NCBI RefSeq assembly: GCF_018977255.1
Contig: NW_024704758.1
Location: forward strand, 9,052,001 to 9,116,000
Length of the DNA stretch: 64,000 nt
Reading direction: 5' to 3'
DNA from: Callorhinchus milii
Lineage: Eukaryota
Shown here: positions 38,798-50,814 of the stretch, one piece after another
How the letters are laid out: each line of letters opens with the position of its first letter
How positions within the stretch are numbered: the first letter of the stretch is position 1
Position numbers and translations under genes: made by a program
Notes under the pieces: generated by a model
The model's database searches: none
What the model was told of the DNA's origin: nothing
Seen by the model: only the letters and a program-made list of their open reading frames with translations

Positions 38798-40844
38798 AAC
38801 AGGCAGAAGAGAAAGTGATGCGCCAAGTAATTATAATACTACAGGATTGAATTGGCACAATCATGGTGCTATTGTTCCATAAAGATGTTAATGAAGTCTA
38901 CTTTAGTATTTCCATGACAATGTGGCATGGTTTCAGGATGGTGTTGTGGCCTGTATAAAACAAACTAAGATGATTGTCTTTGTACTTGGACTAAGCCCAG
39001 AAATTCAGAGAAGAATTCAGAATTTGGAGAGATTTGATTAATAACTGAACAAAGCTGTTCATTACTAGAACTGATGACACTGATGCTTTGAGGTGCATCC
39101 AAAGCCAAGTTACAATTGCTCAGAGCAGTGTTAGTCACTAATTGTCTCTTTGAGGGGCACAATTCTAAGCAGCGTATTGCTCAAGGACCACACTGAGCAG
39201 TGCTCTAACAGCCTGTTCCCCAGTTCCTCAGTCGGAACTGATTTTAATCATCCCACCACATGCTAAGAAAACTACAAGTCCTATAGGATTAATGGATCAC
39301 TTTTTAACTTACCATAAGGAGGTTGGGATCAAGCTTGCCTCTTAATAGAATGTTGCTTACTTTCTCTTTGTGGCAAAGAATAAGAGGGAACAGTATTATA
39401 TCCAGCTTTGGCAAAGTGTTACAAGCAGGATATGAATATGCCCAGACAAACATGGGCTGACAGGCGTGCCAATGTGAAGAGGATGGATTCCCAGACTGAA
39501 TTTGTGTCCTACCAGTGTACAGTGTGCTGAAATGTATAGGACATCATGTTCTTAACATTTCAAAATATTTGAGGATAGCTAAAGGAAAATTCGAGGCTGC
39601 AAGTACAGAGCCTAAGAATTTCACCTGAGGTTAGATGTTCTGATTAACCCGTTGAATCATGAAATTGCCATGAACAGAGACCACAGAAATAACTAGAGAG
39701 TTAAACTCAGTGAAGTTGAGCAGTGCTTTCATCACGTCCAGGCTTGACTATGCTAAAGTGTTGTTTGCTCAATTCTTCCCTTCACAAGTTGCAGACCTCT
39801 CTTGCACCACTCTCCGAGCCCCTCTGACTTGCTTCTGCCTTTTCCTCATTCGAGGCCCATCTCAAGACGTGTGTTGAGTATTGGAGACGGCCCTGATGTG
39901 AAGGACACCATATGAATGTAAATTGCATTGTTACAGTAATTAACTGTTATAGGCCTTAGCTTGGCTCAGTTGGTGGTCAGCAAGGTTGTGTGTTCAAGCA
40001 CCAAGCCTTGAACTTTAAGGTCCAAACTAACCTGGTAAACAATTATTGAAATATTATGAATTGCGAAGAACTAAATACTTTGACCAAAAATATGTGAGTA
40101 AATTCCAGCGATTGCAGTATCTGTGATCTGCAAATGGGAAGGAAAAAGATGTTTTCAGTTTGAGTGAACGAGGGATGCCAACTCTTGGAAGGTTGGCACA
40201 TTGAGATTGTAGCACCGTGCAAAACCAGATGTGTGAGAATGCTGTACAATACATATGGAATGGGTTAGTTTTTCTTAACTGGTATCTTGAAGGGGAAATC
40301 ATAATGTTTGTATGATACAATACGTGCAATGTTAAGTGTCTGCATCTCTGTCTCATCCCCACCACAGCCTAAATTCCCATCCATACCTTTGCCAATTCCA
40401 ATCGTGATTTCTCTAAAACTCTGCTTGCCGACTTTCCTAGCTAAATCTTCCACAAGATCCATATTACCTCGAACTCCTTTCCTACACCAGGCACCTTAAG
40501 CCCTTGACCTCCATCCTCACCAGGCTCCACTGGCTCCCCATTGCCCGGCAGATAAGACTTCAAAATACTTTTTTTTACTTTTGCGTGCCTCCACCACCTT
40601 GCATTTTTAAGTTCCTGCAGCCCTAATCTCTCACCCACTTCCTCCACTCTGCTAATTGGAGCCTGCATTACAGGCTAAAACCCTACCTCTTCGATGTGCC
40701 TTCAGCCAACTTCCCTTCTACCATCCTGCTTGGATCCTGACCGTGAAATGCTTTGAGGCATTTTACTATGTGAAAGGTGCTATATAAGTGCAAGTCGTTG
40801 TAGCATCTGCGAAAACAGATTTTTGTCACATACTGCTATATTTA

Positions 40845-41168
40845 TAATAATAATAATAATAATCCTTGCATTTGATATAGCGCTTTTCACGTCGGGAGGA
40901 CGTCCCAAAGTGCTTCACAGAACACACTGTAAAGTGAATTGACTGTATATTTGTGGGCGAACGCGGCAGCCAATTGCGCACAGCAATGTCCCACAAACAG
41001 TCATGGATTGAAAATGACCAATTTATTATTGTTTTGTTTTGGAGGGATTATTATTAGGCTCTGTGTGGAGTAAGGAAACTTGCCCAAGGTTTCGCCCTCT
41101 GCCTGGAATTGAACTCAGGTCTCTCACTTGCAAAGCGAGTGCTCTAACCACTGAGCTACAGGACTCCA
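40845..41168 (-). mobile_element. Full-length copy of the same SINE
   Basis: Reverse complement nearly identical to 14435-14753. Confidence 0.88.
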
Positions 41169-41959
41169 TTTGTACAAGTATTCCAATAAAATGAGTGCTA
41201 TGCTAGTATTCAATGTTACAGTGTGAATTTCCTGGCACTTTAAAGTGATATTTCAGGTGGGAGAATAATGAGCTGCTTCCCTCACCTTGTGCACCCTATA
41301 AAGAAAACATTACCGAATGTAATTTGAACGCTGTAGTCATTGCGTTAGAACTAGTCTTAACAGGGGTAACGTACGTCAAGTGTTTGCAAGAGTGGAACCT
41401 GTCTGTACCTCTCAGTACATTTAAAAACACAAAATCTAAACAATAAAACTCATTCAATGTCTGTCTCTGTAGGTTTGGTCATTATAACAGGACATTGCCG
41501 TTTTAGGGGAGAATGCGAACGTTCTGACGGAACGTGTTTTAGAGAGCGCTTTCCGGGACACACAGTTTCAATCAATTTACTTAACGCAACCCACGGCTGC
41601 CTCGCGGGGGTCGCCGTGCAGATTGGCCGCCCCGCAAAACACAGTCAGTTCACTTTACGGTGCATCCTGCCTGGAACACGAGGATAATTATTATTATTAT
41701 TACTAATAATGACTATTATTTTTATTAACCAATGTGTGTGTGTGTGGGGGGTGTGTGGGGGGGTGTTGTGTGGGGGAGGGGGAGCGGGGGTGGGCGGTTT
41801 GCGAGCCATTCGCAGCTTCAAACCCGAGGAGGAGCGACGTTTATTGAGGGTGAAAGGCGGGTAATGGGTCTGACAGAGCGGCCCGAGGGGCTGAATGGCC
41901 TCCTCCCGCTCCCGGCGCGGTTGGGCCTTCGGGCTCGTCGCCACCTGCGGGCCGGCGAC

Positions 41960-42048
41960 CACTGCGCATGCTCCGAGGGCGGGTCCCGTGGTCTTCCGCC
42001 GGAAGTGAGCGACAGGAAGCGGAAGTGGCGGGGGCGGGCGGCCCGGCC
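41960..42048 (+). promoter_or_regulatory. PTPMT1 CpG-island promoter with NRF1-like, GC-box and tandem ETS/GABP sites
   Basis: TGCGCATGCTC at 41963, GGGCGG at 41977, CCGGAAGTG at 41999, AGGAAGCGGAAGTG just upstream of the ATG; typical of nuclear-encoded mitochondrial genes. Confidence 0.7.
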
Positions 42049-42195
42049 ATGGCGGGGGTCCTCGCTCGCGTCGTCTTCTACCCGACTCTCCTGTACAATG
42101 TTCTCATGTCCAAGTTGTACGGCCGCCACTGGTACGACCGGATCGACGAGACGGTGATTCTGGGCGCTCTGCCCTTCCGCTCCCTCACCCAGGAG
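42049..42195 (+). CDS. PTPMT1: PTPMT1 coding exon 1
   Basis: [17 protein letters not shown]...[22 protein letters not shown]; Kozak gccATGG; donor GAG|GTAAGG. Confidence 0.92.
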
Positions 42196-42220
42196 GTAAG
42201 GAGCGAAGCTGAGCGTCTCC

Positions 42221-43112
42221 CCGACCCCCCCCACACACACACACACACACTCCACACACAGGTCACTCCCCCCCCCCCACACACACCCAGGTCACCCCCC
42301 CACACACACACTCACACTCCCCTCCCCCCCCCACACACACACACAGTCACTCCCCACACACACACACACAGGTCACTCCCCCCCCCCACACACACACACA
42401 CAGGTCACTCCCCACACACACACACAGGTCACTCCCCCACACACACACACTCCCACACACAGGTCACTCCCCCCCCTCCCCCCCCCACACACACACACAC
42501 AGGTCACTCCCCCACACACACACACACAGGTCACTCCCCCCCCCCCCCCACCACACACACACACACACACAGGTCACTCCCCACACACACACACAGGTCA
42601 CTCCCCACACACACACACTCCCCACACAGGTCACTCCCCACACACACACCCAGGTCACTCCCCCCCCCCACACACACACACTCCCCCACACACTCACACA
42701 CACCCAGGTCACTCCCCCCCCCCACACACACCACCCCACACACTCACACACACACAGGTCACTCTCCCCCCCACACACACACACACACACAGGTCACCCT
42801 CCCGACACACACACACACACACTCCCCCCCCACACACACACTCTCCCCCCCCACACACACACACCCAGGTCACCCCCCCACACACACCCTCACACTCCCT
42901 CCCCCCCCACACTCACACAGGTCACTCTTCTCCCCCCCACACACACCCAGTCACCCCCCACACACACCTCACACCCTCCCCCCCACACACTCACACAGGT
43001 CACTCTTCCCCCCCCCCACACACACAGGTCACTCCCCCCTCACACTCCTCCCCCCCCCACACACCACTCCCCCCCCCACACACACTCAACACACACAGGT
43101 CACTCTCCCCCT
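42221..43112. repeat. C-rich degenerate minisatellite (CACACACAGGTCACTCCCCC)n
   Basis: About 20 copies of CAGGTCAC separated by CA and poly-C runs. Confidence 0.95.
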
Positions 43113-43560
43113 CGAATAGCACCTGATCTTGACAATCAGCTTTTGGAATTTAGACAAAGTGGATATTTCTAAAGCAAGTGAAGAAGAGTTGATTGGAGAA
43201 GTTTGTTTAATTTTATAACTTTAAAAGACCCTCCAGAAAACTCTAATTGAAATATTAGCCACAGTAAACCCATCGGCTTTGTGATTTTATGGTAGTTGCA
43301 GAGTTTTCAAGGCAATTTGTGAAAACCTGTCTTAATAATTATGATGATAGAAGCAATCACCTGGACTTGATTCAAAGCAGTTGCTGCTTTTGCTTTCCAT
43401 GTGCACCACCAGCTGTGGGGAAGGAGTCCCATTAGACTCCCAGCAGCAGTATGTACATGTCTATCGTTTTATGGAATCTGATCTTCTCTGAATAAAAAGG
43501 TTTTCTAGGGTTTCACATCACTGCTAATTAATGTTAATTCCTGTCCTGCTTTGCTTTCAG

Positions 43561-43704
43561 CTGCACCTTTGGAGTCCAGAGAAGGCCTGCGATTATATTG
43601 CTTCTATCCGACCTCACATCATTGTTCACCGTGGCCAATTTAAAGTTTTGAATCATTACTATGAAGAACTGTGTTTACTGGATTCTTGCAGAAGCACACC
43701 ATAG
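43561..43704 (+). CDS. PTPMT1: PTPMT1 last coding exon (internal exons not found)
   Basis: LHLWSPEKACDYIASIRPHIIVHRGQFKVL resembles human VHKWSPEEAVRAIAKIRSYIHIRPGQLDVL; acceptor ctttcag; stop TAG. Confidence 0.88.
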   Translation: MHLWSPEKACDYIASIRPHIIVHRGQFKVLNHYYEELCLLDSCRSTP

Positions 43705-46186
43705 ACCAAACCGAGAAGCTTTAAGCGGTGATGTCCTTAACATTAACATTGCTGGGCATGATTTCACTGCTTATACTATCCAGTTGGAACTGGATTGAAT
43801 CCTACATTTTCAGCACTAACTTTTGGCACTGATCAATTTGTTCCCTCTTTTTGTATGTTTCTAAATTCCTTATTGTCCATCGATGGCAAGAATGGTTTTA
43901 AAGTTGGTTTTATTTGGAAATTGGACCATTTTGAACTTTTAGTTTGTTGAACTGTTTTCGCTGTTCATGAAGATAAGTTGGCAAAGCCACATTTAACATT
44001 TCAAAGTGTTTTATTTATGTAATTTTGTTAAAATCTCAATTTGTGGGGATTTAGCACTGAAACAAATTGCATTGTTTGCTTATTGTATTGTTCACTTTGG
44101 TAAGACAACACAATTTTAACTGTATACAACTCTTGAGAAATTCGACCTGGATATAAATTTACTCTCTAGCATTATAGAGTGACCAGAATTTGGCAAATTC
44201 AAATTCATACAGCCTTCATTTTCAGGCTCATTATCTGTAAGTTCTTTTAAGAACTGCAGAAAACCTGCATAGAGTTGAAGTTAAGATGGGCACACTGCAC
44301 ATGAAATGTTGCATAAATAGGGTCAATGTGCTTCCATTAGATGTCACTGCGGCACTGTCGATGCTGAACTGCAGAATAAGAAACATCTAGCGTCATTGAA
44401 AGGTATTGCCCATTTTTTCAGATCGTTAATTGAATTGATTTGGCACTTCCACCAACTAGAAAATAGCTCGTCCAGTTTTAAAACTACTTTATGCTGTTGC
44501 AGATGCGTGAAGCACTTTGAGACACTCTCGCTGTGAAAATTGGTATATAAATGTTGTTGTTGACTCAGGTGTTGAAGACTATTGGCGTAATGAAGAACAC
44601 ATGTTTGTAAAAAAAAGTTAAATGTTTTAACATTAATATAAATAAACATAATTGGAAATTTGCATTTGCAGAGCAACTTATTAGTTTAATGAAGCTTGGC
44701 TTTTATCAGTCTGTACCTACTTTATTCATTCTAAGCATGTATAAGTAGCAGCAATTTTGAAAGCGCTTTGACATCTGTCACCTCAGTAAATATTTAGGAG
44801 GATGCTTTGAAACATTTAACCACTCACTTTATTTCAAATATTTATGCACAATGTTATCGAAACTCAATTAACTAAGAGAGAGTTAGTTTATCTTGCGTTA
44901 CTGGGTAATGAGATAAGGTAGTGATTTAATTCCTTCAAAACCGATCTCAGCAAACAGTTAAAACGACAGACTTCAAATATTCATCATTTCAATTTGTAGC
45001 CCTTTCATTTGTGCAAGTTTTGAGCAGCCACCTAAGACATGACCCATAGGGATTTTCAGTAAAGATAGATTTTTAGAAAGCAAGTGATAACCACAGCAGT
45101 TTTCATTGTATAAGCAGCCTGGCTAGCTACATAATGCAGTAAAAGCTCATACCGTCAGAAAATACACTATCCACACTTTACAGAAAAATCCTGTGAAGTG
45201 CTTTGAGATGTTTTGACCTGATAATACGCATAAAGCAAGGATTATTATTGTCAAACTTATTATCGTAGAGTAAGGGATCATCGTGCGGGTCTCGGCTCTT
45301 AAAAAGGGATGTGTGCCACTTATTTTTTTCGTTTGCATTTCTTCTTTCCCATACAATATAGCTAGTGTATAATTAAAATATATTTGTCAGTAGAAAATTA
45401 AATATAGCAAACAATATATACTTAAACCTTTGAATCATTACGGTACTATTTCACCACGAAAGAAATATTTCACACTACATTTAAAATGAAGATCTTTTCA
45501 AAAGCACAATGTAACTTGCTGGAAAAAAAAATTCAATTCCGTAAACAGTGAAACACTGTCTTTCTTTGACAAACTGTATATATAGGGGGGGCTCTAAATT
45601 TCATGTTATGCCAAGGCTACTTTCAGCAAATATCTCAATGAAATCAGGTCCAAACAATTAAGTATTGTAACAACAAATTTGTTATGAAGAGGACTTGTAG
45701 GACAGAACGCAAAAAAGTTTATCAGCTTAATGCTGTAAAAGTAAAGTTACATAGAATGTACTGTAAGACCACCGTTCAGAGAAGTACTCAGGTCTATTTC
45801 CTAGTTCTGCACAATCTCAAACAGATTAAGTGAAATGGTTTGGTAGCTAATATTTATTAAATGAATAAGGCAAATCAAAACAAAACAATAGAGCCTGGTT
45901 GATCGATTCTGATCTCTTTTCAAAAGCAATTTTCCTACAGCCGGTGAACAGAATATCAAGTAGCTTTGGTTCACTAATTCTTGTATTGGTCTGTGGTATA
46001 AAGCAAATGTCTGACCACTATCGATGCTTGGAAAAATAAGATAATACAATTATGGTGAGATACTGATTTAAACTGCCACATCTGACTTACAATTTTTCAA
46101 CAATGCAATACTGTCCCACAACTTGTCAAAACATAATTCTATTCGGATTATTATTTTACTTTAATTTCATTTCCATTAGTTAAGGG

Positions 46187-47069
46187 TCAAGCCAAGACAA
46201 ACTGCCAATTTGTCAACAGTATCTCAAATCCACTTATCACTGAAACCNNNNNNNNNNNNNNNNNNNNNNNNNACAGACGTGGCGGGATTCAGCTTTAATG
46301 TATTGGCATCCCCCTTTTTACACTTGTCTCTGAATACATAGATACAGCCGTTGCAGCTTGCAATCTTCCAGAGGGAGGGAACTCGGCTCCAAACCTCTGG
46401 GAAGCGCAGTCTCGTGAAGCTGTCAAGCAGTGGATTGTAACACACCAAAGAGTCGCCCTCGGCCACGATAAAGATCAAATCCTTGTGAATGGCTGCGTGC
46501 ATTCGCCCAGCAAAGGGAAGGAGGTACGACTTCAAGTGGCATGCCCTCGATCGCGTGTCAAAGCACTGGATGAGACGGGACGGTTTTGTAAAGAAATCCA
46601 GGTCATTCTCCTCTCCGCCCAGAAGATAGATTGTTCCGTTAAGGTTGACACCTGCGGCAGATGAAACCGCTGTGTCAAGTTGATTGGTTTCCACCCACAC
46701 GTTATCATGCACTTGGTAGTACATGATAGCACTGGAGAGCGTATCCTGAAGGGTTTTGCCGCCCAGTGAGTAAATGGCATCCTCACTTGGCACAGAAACC
46801 AGTGTGTGCTGAAGGCGATCTCTTGGCAGGGATGCGCACTGTTCCCAGTCCATCGTCTCCATATTACACTTCCACATGCGGCGCGGGATGGGGCCTCCCA
46901 CCACGTACAGGTCGCTGCCGTGCTTACATGCTGCCGTGATCTGCTGCCGAAGTCTGTTCTGCCCGCTGACACTGATTGTGTCGTCGTCGCAGTGCAGGGA
47001 TACTGCCAGAGAGTGTGTCCGTGTGTCTTCCTTCCCGATCAGATAGATATGAACAATTTCACTGATCTC
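46187..47069 (-). CDS. KBTBD4: KBTBD4 last coding exon (Kelch domain), interrupted by a 25-N gap
   Basis: EISEIVHIYLIGKE...GGPIPRRMWKCN...LPRDRLQHTLVSVP...; after the gap VSVISGFEILLTNWQFVLA* matches the KBTBD4 C-terminus LLTNLQFVLA. Confidence 0.95.
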
Positions 47070-47682
47070 CTGTTTGAAACAAAGATTGCGATATGGATCA
47101 GTACAATTAGCTGTTTAATTAGCATCTTCTTTCGACTCAGAACTTGAGAAGCAGATTCTGTTATTTATAGCCTTTCTTTTTCAGACAGAATGACTTGTTT
47201 ATGTTTTATAACAAAAGTGAAAGAATTAATTGATTTTTTGTTTCTTGTTGACAGCACCAGTATATCTGAGAGGCTGGAACAAAATGTCCCATCAGTAATT
47301 GGTGAACCAGGACAAAAGCTACTGCCTCCTCTGGGCAACAAAAGCCATGTTTATATAACCAGCTTTGATCCGACTTTTTCAAGATGGGATCGTGGCTGCT
47401 GATGTAAAGGTAACTGAGATGCGAAGAGGAATGTCCCAGTCTTCAACATCTTACGTGAACTATCTGCAATTTTACCAATACCTTTGATAGTTGGATTTAA
47501 ACAGTAAACCCTGCATATAACAATTTTAATTTGTTGCTCATATTTCACCATAAACTTCCTAAACAATTATGGAAATTTATATGGATTTTTGAACCCTGTG
47601 TGGATCATCTTTTTGATAACTTTGCACCGGTCCGTCTGAAGCATCCATTTTACATTCATTGACAAACTTTAAAGGTCAGAAC

Positions 47683-47789
47683 CTTTAGGCTGGATGTCAG
47701 GGTCTCAGAGAGTCCTGCTCGCTCTTCCTTGTTGTGTTCTATCCAAGCTTCTATGGCTTTTGCTGGCTTCTGAGAACTAGGAACACCAT
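47683..47789 (-). CDS. KBTBD4: KBTBD4 middle coding exon
   Basis: DGVPSSQKPAKAIEAWIEHNKEERAGLSETLTSSLK; tag acceptor, AAG|GT donor; frame consistent. Confidence 0.92.
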
Positions 47790-48003
47790 CTAGAGTATTT
47801 TGAAAGAAAAAGGTTATTCAGTTTCCTTGCAGTAATTTGACAGAAATGTAGTCATTCTAACTCAACTTAAGCCCAATGTAGTTTCTATTGGAGAAAGCTG
47901 CAGGTCTTATCCCCAAATTACCTGTATGCTCTATAACCTTTTGAGGCTCCCTCAAATGTTCCAGTTGGATTGCAAGTAAAAGCGCAACAAAAAAATCTAG
48001 TAC

Positions 48004-48607
48004 CTTTGATGATGTCTGTGAGGAGTCTCAAAGGCAGTTCCAGGAAATCTTCAGTCTGGTGAACCTGCGATAGGTGCGTCTTTGCACATTGCTTTGCTGC
48101 TGTGTAGAGCTTCTGATCGCTGTGCTGATCTGCTAACCACATGACCTGCAAACATGTCCTGACGTCTACTGTCCGAGCTAGGAAACGAGAACACTCCTCA
48201 AAGAGTGATGTCAACTGGTACATGTCTGCCACCTCGTACATCTCCTGAAGGTCCTCTACCCTCAGCTTTACAGTACCCCGATAAATATAATCCACTAGGA
48301 GCTGAAAGACACTGGCATTCACATCTTTGAGTTCTATAAACTGATTACGAGCTTCCTTTAAGTTTGAGGTGAACATGGACCGAAAGAAACAGCTCTGAGC
48401 AGAAAGCACCAGCCGATGGAGCTGGAAATCTTTGCCTTCTACAGAGATAACGACATCTGCAAATTGTCTGTCCTCAAGGCACAGATCCATAATGCTTCGC
48501 GCAACTCGTGCAGAATGTAACTTATCCGTGAAGGTGTAGCTCACAAAGTAACTTTCATCTGTAGGACCAGCGATGGTTGCACCTCCTGCATCTCCACTTG
48601 GCTCCAT
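48004..48607 (-). CDS. KBTBD4: KBTBD4 BTB/BACK exon containing the start codon
   Basis: DESYFVSYTFTD...FADVVISVEGKDFQLHRLVLSAQSCFFRSMFTSNLKEA; acceptor ccatag at 48630, donor G|GTA at 48004. Confidence 0.95.
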
Positions 48608-49089
48608 ATTACAAACGAAGATCGAAAACCTATGGAAAGAGTGTTCTCTTCAGAACATTGTCATTTAGTTACTACAAGTGTAATTTGTTTCTACACAAAA
48701 TAGTGATCCCTGTCACTATTCCTGATCCATATATCACATATGTTGTGACATCATCCATAGTTATCCATTGACTGAAAAGCCTGCCAACATTCACTGTTCA
48801 TTAGATCTGAATGTAACTGCTTAATGTTGAACGATACATTATTAATCAAAAAATATTGCACCCCGAAACAGATCTGAGGTGAAATGCTCAATGTTTTATT
48901 CGTGGTGGTCGGTGACAAAAGCTCCTTTGGGGAAGCGAGCAAAGGTACAGGAGTGGACGCCAGGGCACTGGAGTAAAATAGTTCAAGTCAAGGAAGAGGA
49001 GGCTGCTGCCCTGGAAACGGCTGAGATGCGAAGGGCCAGAAAACAGGGATCCTGGTTACTGCTCAGGGTGTGTGTGGCTGGTGGACAAC

Positions 49090-49525
49090 AATAATAATAA
49101 TAATTCTCGCATTTGATTTGAGCGCTTTATCACATCGTTGAGACATCTCGAAGCGGCACCACAGAACATATTCCAGTCAGAGGGCGAAACCTTGGGCAAG
49201 TTTCCTTACTCCACACAGAGCCTAATAATAATCCCTCCAAAACAAAAAACAATAATAAATTGGTCATTTTCAATCTACGACTGTTTGTGGGACATTGCTG
49301 TGCGCAATTGGCTGCCGCGTTCGCCCACAAAAAATACAGTCAATTCACTTTACAGTGTGTTCTGTGAAGCGCTTTGGGACGTCCTCCCGACGTGAAAAGC
49401 GCTATATCAAATGCAAGGATTATTATATTGTAGTGGAGTGACCGCGTATTTGGTGGCCGAAGCCGATTGCGCGCATCCGCAGCAGCGTCCCACAAGCGAC
49501 GAGTGGCGGATTGAGCGGCCGAATC
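49090..49525. mobile_element. Cluster of three SINE pieces in alternating orientation (-, +, -) in the first KBTBD4 intron
   Basis: Tail 49090-49170 (-), 5'-truncated copy 49172-49425 (+), GC-shifted core 49429-49525 (-). Confidence 0.8.
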
Positions 49526-50262
49526 CGTCACACGCACTCCCGCCCGCGCACAGAGATGCTGCATTCCAGCCTTTGGCCTGTCCGAGCCGGGGCGGGCGGG
49601 TGGGTGGGGGGTGGGGGTGGGTGGGGGGGGGGGGGTGTGGCGGGTGGTGGGTGGGGGGGGGAAAGAAGAATAGAAAGCGAGACCTGCCACGGGAGACGAT
49701 CAATACAGGAAGAGTACGGTCAAACCTTTTTACTCTTACGCTTTCGTGACGGGGGCCATCTACGTGTAAGGAACAGACATGTTCAATAAAATGGGTTTTG
49801 CAGTCATGACTGTAAACGTAGTGACTATTTTTTTTGGGGGGGGTGGGGGGGGGGGTGTTGTGGGTGATGTGGGGGTGGGGGGGGGGGAGGGGGGAGAAGG
49901 GGGTACAGATTTTGCACAAAGCAAGGCCAGGCCCCACAAGCAATGCCAAGAGGTGAAAATAATCAAGTGGTGGAGGGGACACACACACACATACACACAC
50001 ACACACACGTGGAAAGGAGAGTGAGAGAGAGTGAGAGGAGAGAAAAAAAAACGAGGAGAGAAAGAGAGCGAGGCCTCGGCTTCAGGGCGGGGTCGGAGAA
50101 GGAGGAGATACCACACCCTCTCCTCCCTCTTTTGATCTCCATTTAAATTCCTCGCGTTTATTGTCAGCCGCGTCTAAAAAAAAACCACACACACACACAC
50201 ACGAACGCATAACACGAACCCTCCCCCACACACACACACACACTCCCTCCCTCCCTCCTCAC

Positions 50263-50529
50263 CTCACGCAAAGGACCGGGGGCCTGAGCTGAGCTGAGCT
50301 GAGGATCCGAAGGTTTCCTCCCGTCCCGAGAAAGCCGAGGTCTCTGTGCGTGTGTGTGTCTGTGTGTGTGTGTCTGACTGACTGTGACTGACTGACGGCT
50401 CGAGGGGAGGGGAGGGGGGGGGAGGGGGGGAAGGTATACCCGGGGACACCAGGCGCCTCCTCGCGCGGAGCCTATTGTCGGACGGACCCACCTCCTCCCC
50501 TCCCGCTCCTGGTTTCCGGTTCCGTTGCC
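50263..50529. promoter_or_regulatory. Bidirectional CpG-island promoter KBTBD4/NDUFS3 with probable non-coding KBTBD4 exon 1
   Basis: CpG-rich; TTCCGGTTCCG ETS sites and YY1-like ATGGCGGC at the NDUFS3 start; minus-strand donor GAG|GTGAGG at 50263 (inferred). Confidence 0.65.
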
Positions 50530-50593
50530 ATGGCGGCCAGTCTGCTCAGCCTCGCTCGGGCCGGCATTCGCAGCAGCCTCAGGAGGAGTCTGG
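50530..50593 (+). CDS. NDUFS3: NDUFS3 exon 1 (mitochondrial targeting peptide)
   Basis: gccATGG; MAASLLSLARAGIRSSLRRSL is Arg/Ser/Ala-rich with no acidic residues; donor G|GTGAGG. Confidence 0.85.
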
Positions 50594-50814
50594 GTGAGGG
50601 GCGGCGGCGGCGGCGGCGACCAACACCCCCCTCCCCTTCCCCCCCCCCCCCCCCCTCTCCTCACCACACACCTGTCAGACCCCACCCCGCCCCCCCACCA
50701 AGACCCTAAACCCCGCGAGCCGCCGTTTGACCTTCGCGGTGCGGATACGCCTCCCCCCCCACTTCACCTCCTGCAGCCACAACAACAACAACCACCACCG
50801 TGACCAGACTGGGG

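Noticed and set aside
41968-43119. 383-aa His/Thr/Pro-rich ORF
   Set aside because: PTPMT1 exon 1 read through its donor into a stop-free low-complexity repeat
50112-50142. Upstream coding exon for KBTBD4 (MEIKRGRRGC)
   Set aside because: Its donor phase is out of frame with the ATG at 48607; at most a UTR or uORF
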